Of a DNA stretch of 64,000 bases, positions 45,086-55,400 are shown one piece after another. Origin of the DNA: Neophaeotheca triangularis (Eukaryota). Location: positions 682,001 through 746,000 of the forward strand of contig BAAIJX010000005.1 in assembly GCA_054600435.1 (NCBI GenBank), written 5' to 3'. Made by a program: the position numbers and the translations under genes. Position 1 is the first letter of the stretch; each line of letters starts with the position of its first letter. The notes beneath the pieces were generated by a model. It was not told the origin of the DNA, searched no databases, and worked only from the letters and a program-made list of their open reading frames with translations.

Positions 45086-45934
45086 TCAGTTGTTGTCGAC
45101 CGCCATAACCAAAGCACCCTTACCCCCCTGATCCTTCGCATCAAGCTTCTCCATATCCTCCTTGCTCAGCTCGAAACCAAACAGATCCGAATTGGCCGCG
45201 ATCCTCTCAGGGTTGTCGCTCTTCGGCAACGGCGCCCAGGCCTTTTGCAAAGCATACCTGATCAAAACCTGCGAAGTCGACTTGCCAACTTTGTCCGCAA
45301 TACCCTTCAAATCCGGGTCGTCCTTCTTCTGGTTCCTGACAATCGGGCAGTAAGCCTCAACAGCGATACCGTTCTTGTGGCAGAAGTCTACGACCTCACG
45401 CTGCTGGTTCCAGGGGTGGAGCTCGAGCTGATTGACCGACGGTGGCCAGACCTGTGCGTAGTCCTTGAGCTCGTTGATTTGGCCGATGCCGAAGTTGCTC
45501 ACGCCGATGGCTTTGAATTTGCCCTGCTGCTGCAGCTTCTCCAACGCCAGCCAAAGCTTCTTGCGCTTCTCCGCACCGACTGAGCCGTTGTGGATGAGCA
45601 TGAGATCGACGTAGCCATCTTCGCCGTCGATCTTGCGGACCGTATCGCGGAGTGCCTGCTCGGTCTCTTCGTCCGTCGAGCCGGGAGAGATGATCTTGCT
45701 GGTGATGAAGACGTCTTTGCGCTGGAGGCCTGATTGCCGGACTGCCTCGCCGACTTCTTTCTCGTTGGCGTAGTACTGGGCGGTGTCGATGTGTCTGTAG
45801 CCGACTTTCAGAGCTTCAATGCATGATTTGGTGGTGACTTCGGCGGGCGACTCGTATACTCCGAAGCCTAGGGCGGGGAGCTTGGCGCCGGTGTTGAGAT
45901 TGAGGGTCGACTGGAAGGTGAGCTTCGATGCCAT
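45086..45934 (-). CDS. Aldo-keto reductase (AKR5/2,5-DKG reductase-like)
   Basis: LPALGFGVY, GYRHIDTAQYYANE, VFITSK, YVDLMLIH, AIGVSNF, VNQLELHPW and PLPKSDNPERI. First ATG is 45934; the ORF track starts at an upstream non-ATG codon. Confidence 0.93.
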   Translation of the reverse strand: MASKLTFQSTLNLNTGAKLPALGFGVYESPAEVTTKSCIEALKVGYRHIDTAQYYANEKEVGEAVRQSGLQRKDVFITSKIISPGSTDEETEQALRDTVRKIDGEDGYVDLMLIHNGSVGAEKRKKLWLALEKLQQQGKFKAIGVSNFGIGQINELKDYAQVWPPSVNQLELHPWNQQREVVDFCHKNGIAVEAYCPIVRNQKKDDPDLKGIADKVGKSTSQVLIRYALQKAWAPLPKSDNPERIAANSDLFGFELSKEDMEKLDAKDQGGKGALVMAVDNN

Positions 45935-46191
45935 GATTGTGTTGTGGTGAATCTTGCAAGTGATTTCTAGCAAATACCAAATCTCAACGGCAGGTAGTTG
46001 TCGAGCAATTGCCTAGGTAGAATCGACGTTTTGTTGACAGCTCACTTTTAAACCTTGACGTTCCCAAAGCGGAAAGAGGGCAATACATGTCGTCATGCGG
46101 CGACGTCGGCGAAAGCAAAAACCGTTTCCCCGACGACTCTAACCAGACATCACCGCCCGCAGGCAGAACAGCTGGACGGGCAGACAGAAAG

Positions 46192-47418
46192 ATGGTCCTC
46201 GAAGCGATCAGATACCGCGAGGGCAGACTGGACATTCTCAACCAGCTCAAGCTCCCTCACCAGACCGAGTATGACGAGGTCACGTGCGCAGAAGATGGCT
46301 GGCATGCCATTAGGGACATGCGCACTCGAGGCGCTCCAGCCATCGCCATAGTTGCCGCGCTATCCTTGGCGGTGGAACTGCAAACCACGACCTTGTCCGG
46401 AAATGCTGAGGAAGTGCAAGCTTTCGTTGTCGAGAAATTGGATTATCTCGTCACGAGCCGGCCAACGGCTGTCAATCTCGCAGATGCAGCGCGCAAGCTT
46501 AAGAAAATCGTCAACTCGGCCGCAACCAAGAGCGATGCTGCTGGTCCGAGCGTAGTCAAGGCTTATTGTGATGCCGCTTCTCAGATGCTCGTCGACGATG
46601 TCTCAGACAACCAAGCCATTGGCAAGTATGGCGCTGAGTGGATAGCAAATCAGGCAGGGGGGAAGCCAGCGAGCGTTGTAACGCACTGCAATACCGGGTT
46701 TGTGATGAAAGTGCAATAATGTATGTAGGGGATGAGATGCTGATCGACTGCCAGATCATTGGCAACAGCAGGCTACGGCACCGCCTTGGGAGTAATTCGT
46801 TCCCTTCACGCCAACAAATCCCTCAAGCATGCCTATTGCACCGAGACCCGCCCGTACAACCAGGGCTCCCGCCTCACAGCTTTCGAGCTCGTGCACGACC
46901 AGATCCCGGCAACTCTAATCACCGACTCCATGGCATCCGCTTTGCTCCGACTCAAGGGGCCTTCGGAGAACATCACCGCCATCGTCGTAGGCGCAGACCG
47001 AGTCGCTGCCAACGGCGACACGGCGAACAAGATCGGCACCTATCAGCTCGCCATCACCGCCAAGCATCACGGGGTGAAGTTCCTCGTCGCCGCGCCGAGG
47101 ACCACGATAGATCTCGAAACCAAGTCAGGCGCTCACATCGTGATCGAAAAACGCGCTGGCAAGGAGATGACCATGATCAAGGGTCCACGGTTCGATGGTG
47201 TCGATCTAGACCTCAGCCAAGCCGAGACCGTGAGCATCGCTGCTCAAGGCATCGATGTCTGGAACCCTGCTTTTGATGTGACGCCGGCGGAGTTGATCGA
47301 TGGCATCATCACCGAGATTGGCGTTGTTGAGAAGAACGCTGATGATCGCTTTGACCTGTCGATTGCCATGGAGGCGAAGAATGAGGGTATCAAACCTGTC
47401 AGTATTGGTGGGCTTTAG
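46192..47418 (+). CDS. MRI1: Methylthioribose-1-phosphate isomerase (methionine salvage); exons 46192-46697 and 46755-47418
   Basis: MVLEAIRY...[76 protein letters not shown] and [10 protein letters not shown]. Intron 46698-46754. Confidence 0.96.
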
Positions 47419-47579
47419 GTTTCGGTAGCGTACGAAGATGATCTGCCCATCAAAGAGCAGTTACTCAAAGCGAAATATCCTATGTACATGGCGAGAAAGA
47501 TGAAACTATGTGGTTCTTCTTCGTCCCTCGTGTTGACCCAACCACAGAACTATTCAAATTCCCCAGCACCGCAACGCTA

Positions 47580-50500
47580 CTACGCGGGTGCGCTGGACAC
47601 AGTCATAGCGATATTGCTCAAACTGATGATACAGGGGTCGGCTTCGCAATAGAAGTAGAAGATCAAGGCATTGCCATCGGCGACCTGAGTCCTGGACACT
47701 CGGATCGCTGTAGGGCTTCCGACCTCCCACGAAGCAAAAATGTCGCTACTTCCTCCGAGGCGCACATCAAGGTAAGCATAGCCAGAGACGGTGAAGCCAA
47801 TGTCGAACTGCAAATTGACGATTTGGCCCGCGCGAGCGAAAGGCAATATGCCGCCACTGGTTTGTCTGAAGCTGAAGCCGTCGTAGGGGGTTTGTCTGGG
47901 GTGGGTGAAAGTCCTGTTCGGTGTTAGTTCCGCTATTAATTTGCCAATCACAAGGCGTGTTCAAAGTGACCAGGGATACTTGCACTTGGCCGCCAGAGGC
48001 TTGTACGATCATCCCGTAGCGGGCCTGTTCGGGCACGTCCCATGGAGCAATCGTTCCGCTCGCAAAGTTCGTGTTCTGGAGTTGAGGTAGGACCTCGGCC
48101 GGTGGCGGCGGAGGTGGCGGTGGCGGCGGAGGCGGCGGAGGAGGCACCGAAGGAAGCGTGTAAGTCAGAGTCTGCGTCTGGACCGCTCCCGAAACCGTCG
48201 TCGTAAAGGTGAGGAAGATGGAACTCGCCGGGAGTGTCGTGAATTGTGTAACGACATTTGTCGTCCGGATAGTAGAGACGATAGTCCTGGTCAGGGTACT
48301 CGCAGGCGCAGTCGTGATCTGAGTGCTCACAATCGTTACTGGCGGACGGATGCTCGTAGCCGTGACGATAGCTGTAGAAGCAGGCTGCACGCTGATTTGA
48401 GTAAAGGTGATGGGTAGTGTCGTTGTCGCTGTGATGAAGCTTGTCGATCCGTCTTGAATGGAAGTAAATGTAATAACTTCCGTGCTCAGATAGCTGGAGA
48501 CAATTGTAGAAGTCCTATCAAGTGTCGTCGTCTCTACGAGTATGCTCGTTCGCGCAGGCTCGGTTGTTGTGAAGATGTTGGTCGAGACGAGTACGAAGGT
48601 CTGCGTTTCAGTCCCTGGAGGAATAGAAGTGACTACGGTGGAAGTCAAGTATTCAGTCAAGGTGGATGCCGGCAGTACTGAAGTTAAAGTGGCCGTCTGC
48701 GTCAGGGGAGCAATGCTGAAAGTCTCAGTAATGTAGGACACTGTGGACTCCGTCTCACGAAGAGTTTGGGTTTCTCGGGGCAAGACGGTTGTGACCGTGT
48801 TGGGGAAGAAGCTGGTTGTCACCGTTGTTCCTGGAATGACAGAGGTCTCGGTAGAGACGATAGTGCGCTCTGGCTGGATGCTGGTAGAAATCTCCGTAGT
48901 AACATAGGTCAGAATAAGAGGAGGTATTGAAGTTGTCTCGGTCTCGCGTGGAAGGGTGACAGCCGGGAGGCTCGTGGTCTCTCGTACTGTCCCAGGAGGA
49001 ATCGAGGTAGTGTCGGTCTCGCGAGGGAGCGTGAGAGTAACTGCCTCGAGGCTCGTCGTCTCCCGTACAGTCACAGGGGGAATTGAGGTGGTATCAGTCT
49101 CCCGCGGGAGTGTGATAGCTGCAAGACTCGTCGTCTCTCGTATGGTCTCTGTCCCAGTCCGAAAGTCTACTGAGATGGTTGTCTCAGTCTCACGGGGAAG
49201 TGTGATTGCTGCCAGACTGGTCGTCTCGCGCGGAAGAGTAGTGACAATGGTGCGCGGATCGAGGCTAGTGGTCTCGCGATCGAGTGTAATCGGGGGAATG
49301 CTAGTGGTCTCGCGATCCAGAGTAATGGCTGCCAGACTGGTCGTCTCGCGCGGAAGAGTAGTGATAATGGTGCGCGGATCGAGGCTAGTGGTCTCGCGAT
49401 CGAGTGTAATCGGGGGAATGCTAGTGGTCTCGCGATCCAGAGTAATAGCTGCCAGACTGGTCGTCTCGCGCGGAAGAGTAGTGATAATGGTACGCGGATC
49501 GAGGCTTGTGGTCTCGCGATCGAGTGTAATCGGGGGAATGCTAGTGGTCTCGCGATCCAGAGTAATGGCTGCCAGACTGGTAGTCTCGCGCGGAAGAGTA
49601 GTGACAATGGTACGCGGATCGAGGCTTGTGGTCTCGCGATCGAGGGTGATTGGTGGTATGCTGGTCGTTTCGCGCGGAAGAGTAGTAATGACGGTACGCG
49701 CATCGAGGCTTGTGGTCTCGCGATCGCGGGTGATTGGTGGTATGCTGGCCGTTTCGCGCGGAAGAGTAGTAATGACGGTACGCGCATCGAGGCTTGTGGT
49801 CTCGCGATCGAGGGTGATTGGTGGTATGCTGGCCGTTTCGCGCGGAAGAGTAGTAATGACGGTACGCGCATCGAGGCTTGTGGTCTCGCGGTCGAGGGTG
49901 ATTGGTGGTATGCTAGTCGTTTCGCGCGGAAGAGTAGTAATGACGGTACGCGGATCGAGGCTTGTGGTCTCGCGGTCGAGGGTGATTGGTGGTATGCTAG
50001 TCGTCTCGCGCGGAAGAGTAGTAATGACGGTACGCGCATCGAGGCTTGTGGTCTCGCGCGGAAGAGTAGTGATAATAGTACGCGCATCGAGGCTAGTCGT
50101 CTCGCGCGGAAGAGTAGTGATAATAGTACGCGCGTCGAGACTAGTCGTCTCGCGCGGAAGAGTAGTGATAATAGTACGCGCATCGAGGCTAGTCGTCTCG
50201 CGGTCGAGGGTGATTGGCGGGATGCTAGTCGTCTCGCGATCGAGGGTGATTGGCGGGATGCTAGTCGTCTCGCGATCGAGGGTGATTGGTGGTACGCTAG
50301 TAGTCTCGCGGTCGAGGGTAATAGGTGGAATGCTAGTCGTCTCGCGCGGAAGAGTAGTGATAACAGTACGCGCATCGAGGCTAGTCGTCTCGCGCGGAAG
50401 AGTAGTGATAATAGTACGCGCATCGAGGCTAGTGGTCTCGCGGTCGAGGGTGATTGGCGGGATACTAGTCGTCTCGCGATCGAGGGTGATTGGTGGTATG

Positions 50501-52402
50501 CTAGTCGTCTCGCGGTCGAGGGTGATTGGCGGGATGCTAGTGGTCTCGCGATCGAGAGTGATTAGTGGTATGCTAGTAGTCTCGCGGTCGAGGGTGATAG
50601 GCGGGATGCTGGTTGTTTCGCGGTCGAGAGTGATAGGGGCGATGCTAGTTGTCTCGCGATCTAGGGTGACAGGGGCAATGCTAGTGGTCTCGCGGTCGAG
50701 AGTGATAGGGGCGATGCTAGTGGTCTCGCGATCAAGCGTGACAGGCGGGATGCTAGTTGTCTCGCGATCTAGGGTGACAGGGGCAATGCTCGTTGTCTCA
50801 CGGTCGAGAGTGATAGGGGCGATGCTAGTGGTCTCGCGATCAAGCGTGACAGGCGGGATGCTAGTTGTCTCGCGATCTAGGGTGATAGGGGCAATGCTAG
50901 TTGTCTCGCGATCCAGGGTGACAGGGGCAATGCTAGTGGTCTCACGGTCGAGCGTGATAGCAGGAATGCTAGTTGTCTCGGTCTCGCGATCCAGGGTGAC
51001 AGGCGGGATGCTGGTTGTCTCGCGATCCAGGGTGACAGGGGCAATGCTAGTGGTCTCACGGTCGAGCGTGATAGCAGCAATGCTAGTTGTCTCGGTCTCG
51101 CGATCTAGCGTGATAGGCGCAATGCTCGTTGTCTCACGGTCGAGCGTGATAGCAGCAATGCTAGTTGTCTCGGTCTCGCGATCTAGCGTGATAGGGGCAA
51201 TGCTCGTTGTCTCGGTCTCGCGATCTAGCGTGATAGCAGGAATGCTAGTTGTCTCGGTCTCACGATCTAGCGTGATAGGGGCAATGCTCGTTGTCTCACG
51301 GTCGAGCGTGATAGCAGGAATGCTAGTTGTCTCGGTCTCACGATCTAGCGTGATCGGAGGGATGCTCGTGGTCTCAGTTTCGCGATCTAGCGTAATTGGG
51401 GGGATGCTAGTGGTCTCGCGAGGAAGTGTGATTGCCGCGAGGCTAGTGGTCGCTGTGGCAGTTCTTTCGTCTATTGAGATAGATAGTGTGGTCTCTGTAG
51501 CAGTCCTCTGGTCTATTGAGATAGAGACGGTCGTCTCGGTTTCGGTCTGACGGGGAAGCGTAATTGGGGCAATGCTCGTGGTTTCGCGGTCAAGAGTAAT
51601 TGCCGGGAGGCTAGTGGTCGCCGTAGCGGTCCTCTCGTCAATAGAGATGGACAAGGTCGTCGCAGTCTGGGTCTGGGTTTCGCGGTCAAGAGTAATTGCC
51701 GGGAGGCTAGTGGTCGCCGTAGCGGTCCTCTCGTCAATAGAGATGGACAAGGTCGTCGCAGTCTGGGTCTGGGTTTCGCGGTCAAGAGTAATTGCCGGGA
51801 GGCTAGTGGTCGCCGTAGCGGTCCTCTCGTCAATAGAAATGGACAAGGTAGTCTCGGTCTGGGTCTCACGGTCGAGAGTAATTGCCGGAAGCGCCGGGAG
51901 GCTCGTTGTCGCCGTAGCGGTCCTCTCGTCAATAGAAATGGACAAGGTAGTCTCGGTCTGGGTCTCACGGTCGAGAGTAATTGCCGGAAGTGCCGGGAGG
52001 CTCGTGGTCGCCGTAGCGGTCCTATCATCTATGGAAATAGATAGAGTAGTTTCGGTCTGGGTCTCACGGTCAAGAGTAATTGCTGGGAGGCTAGTAGTCG
52101 CTGTCGCTGTAGCTGTAGCTGTCCTTTCATCTACCGAGATGGACAAGGTAGTCTCGGTCTGGGTCTCACGGTCAAGAGTAATTGCTGGGAGGCTAGTAGT
52201 CGCTGTCGCTGTAGCTGTAGCTGTCCTTTCATCTACCGAGATGGACAAGGTAGTCTCGGTCTGGGTCTCACGGTCAAGAGTAATTGCTGGGAGGCTAGTA
52301 GTCGCTGTCGCTGTCGCTGTAGCTGTCCTTTCATCTACCGAGATGGACAAGGTAGTCTCGGTCTGGGTCTCACGAGGGAGAGTAAGAGCGGCAAGGCTCG
52401 TG

Positions 52403-52433
<31 letters not shown>

Positions 52434-55400
52434 TTGCTGTAGCTGTCGCTGTCCTTTCATCTACCGAGATGGACAAGGTAGTCTCGGTCTGGGTCTCACG
52501 AGGAAGAGTAAGAGCGGCAAGGCTCGTGGTCGCTGTCGCTGTCGCTGTCGCTGTCCTTTCATCTACCGAGATGGACAAGGTAGTCTCGGTCTGGGTCTCA
52601 CGAGGGAGAGTAAGAGCGGCAAGGCTCGTGGTCGCTGTCGCTGTCGCTGTCGCTGTTGCTGTCGCTGTCCTTTCATCCACCGAGATAGATAGGGTCGTAT
52701 CCGTCTCACGAGGAAGAGTAAGAGCGGCAAGGCTCGTCGTCGCTGTCGCTGTCGCTGTAGCTGTCGCTATTGCTGTGGCTGTCCTTTCATCTATCGAGAT
52801 GGATAGGGTTGTCTCCGTCTCACGAGGAAGGGTGAAAGCGGGGAGGCTAGTGGTGGCCGTGGCGGTCCTCTCATCTATCGAGATGGATAGGGTCGTCTCC
52901 GTCTCACGAGGAAGGGTGAAAGCGGGGAGGCTAGTGGTGGCCGTGGCGGTTCTCTCAGCTATCGAGATGGATAGGGTTGTCTCCGTCTCACGAGGAAGGG
53001 TGAAAGCGGGGAGGCTAGTGGTGGCCGTGGCGGTTCTCTCATCTATCGAGATGGATAGGGTTGTCTCCGTCTCACGAGGAAGGGTGAAAGCGGGGAGGCT
53101 AGTGGTGGCTGTAGCGGTCCTCTCATCTATCGAGATAGACAGGGTCGTATCCGTCTCACGAGGAAGGGTAATAGCGGCGAGGCTCGTGGTCGCTGTTGCT
53201 GTTGCTGTTGCTGTAGCTGTCCTTTCATCTACCGAGATAGATAGGGTCGTCTCGGTTTCCCGTATCGTTGCGGTCCTTTCATCTATCGAGATAGACAGGG
53301 TCGTATCCGTCTCACGAGGAAGGGTAATAGCGGCGAGGCTCGTGGTCGCCGTTGCTGTTGCTGTTGCTGTAGCTGTCCTTTCGTCTACCGAGATAGATAG
53401 GGTCGTCTCGGTTTCCCGTATCGTTGCGGTCCTTTCGTCTATTGAGATGGACAGACTTGTCTCTGTCTCCCGAGGAAGAGTGAAAGCGGCGAGGCTCGTG
53501 GTCGCTGTAGCTGTAGCTGTCGCTGTCGCTGTCCTTTCATCTACCGAGATAGACAGGGTCGTCTCGGTTTCCCGGACCGTGAGTGCCGCTAGGCTGATGG
53601 TCTGATTCTCAGTCCTGGTCTCAGCGGGCAAAGTCAATGCCGCAAGTGAGGTGATTTCGGTAGTGGTCACTTGCGGGAGTGTATAATTGACAACCTGGGT
53701 AGAGGCCGGTATGGTCGAGTACTCAGTAAAATACAGTGTGGTGGGAGTGTAAGTGGTCTCTATTGTCTGTGTTTCGCGGGGCAAGACGCTGGTTTCGGTG
53801 AGGAAGCGATCGGTGGTGAAGAAGCGGTCCGAAGTAGCAGTCAGCGTGACGAATTCAGTCCTGGCCGGTTGAATTGAGATGGAAACTGTGGTGATAGCGG
53901 GCTGAATGGAAGTGCTAACGATGATCGAAGTTTCCACTGGCAAGGTGTATGTCACTTCGAAGATCGTGGTAGAAATCTCGCGGCTCGTTTCGGTCTGAAT
54001 TTGCGTGGATGCAGGAGCTGTTGAAATCACGGTGCGGTCAACTAGAGAGATCGTCGTGAGCGTTCCCGTGGGAGCATATGAAACAGAAGTGGTCGTGATG
54101 GGAGCAAGGGTCGTCGTCAGGGTATAAGTCACACCAGATATTGTCGTCAGAGTCTCTCGTTCTGTGCTAACAATGGTAGTCAAGACTTCGCTGGTCAAGG
54201 TCAGGGTGTAGCCAGAGGTCGTAATGAGCGTCTCAATTGCAGTTGAGACGACTGTAAGATCTGTGACTGAGGGTTAGCAATTTGGTGTGACCTGGTAGTT
54301 AGCCCTCGCGGCTTTCAAGTTTCATGAAAGCCTGTCCAAGAGGTGGCAATGTCTTCTCGATGGGACGAATGGAAAAAGCTTGAACTCTGCCAAGGGGGAA
54401 GGGGATGCCAGGAAAAACAAGCTTACCTATGGTTCGATCAACAGTCTCAGTATCAGTGACAAACGACACCTCGCGGGTAGTCTGGGTAGCAGTCAAGCTC
54501 TCGACCAAAGTCGTGGGCACGAGGCTAGTGAGCACGACGGTGCTAGCTTCGGGGGTAAAGGTAATAGTCGAAGCATCCTCGATCAAGGTCGATGTCACCG
54601 GTGGCGGTATCGACAGTGTGGTCACTAGTATCGTCTCGTAGCTGACTGAGAACTCGCGAGATGTCTCGGTGATTGCGGGTAGCAGGCTCGTGAGCACAAT
54701 AGTGCTTGCTTCCGGGAAAATCGTAATGGTTGAGGCGTTCTCTGCGAGGACTGAGGTCACTGGTGGGGGGATAGACAGTGTTGTCACGTAGATCGTCTCG
54801 TAGCTGACAGAAAACTCCCTTGATGTCTCGGTGATCGGGGGTAAAGTGAAATTGACCGTCGTAGGTACTGCCGTGGTGATCGTATATGTGCTTGGCAATG
54901 GAGTAATTACGACCGTGGAGGCATCTAGAATCGTCGTGACCGGCTCTGGGATAGATGTCGTCGTAATGAACAGCGTCGAGTAGCCGGTGTAGTACGATAT
55001 GGTGCTGATGATCTCTGTGGAGGCCGGAAGCGTCTGAGTCTGCGTAAGAATGTAGGTGCTCGGCCACGGGGTTGAGATGATAGTGGAGGCGTCTAGATAG
55101 GTCGTGATGGGGTCTGGATACGCCGTAGTGGTCAACAAGATTGTAGCGTAGCTGAAAGTGGTCTCGGTGGAGGCTGGAGGATAAATTGTTGTTGGCACAA
55201 GGGTAGTATAGACGATAGTGCTCGGCTCCGGAGTGAATGTCACGGTCGATGCGTCGAGCGCATAGGAGGAGATCTCGCCAGGGAGCGTCGTAGTCAGTAC
55301 GACTGTCTCATAGCTAACAACAAGCTCAGTAGAGGCCGGAGGAAAGAATGTTGTTGGAACAAGAGTAGTAAACACGACAGTGCTCGGCTCTGGAGTGAAT

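Noticed and set aside
46087..46191. Upstream in-frame ATG giving MRI1 a 35-aa extension
   Set aside because: It lies in the short bidirectional promoter, and MRI1 homologs begin near M.LEAI.Y.
29771..47418. BUD23, a methyltransferase and MRI1 as a SAM-metabolism gene cluster
   Set aside because: Separated by unrelated genes; these are housekeeping functions with no evidence of clustering.
48956..53605. Long plus-strand ORFs (864 aa and 677 aa) of V/S/R repeats
   Set aside because: Antisense shadows of the stop-poor Thr repeat array. The minus strand carries the signal peptide and splice signals.
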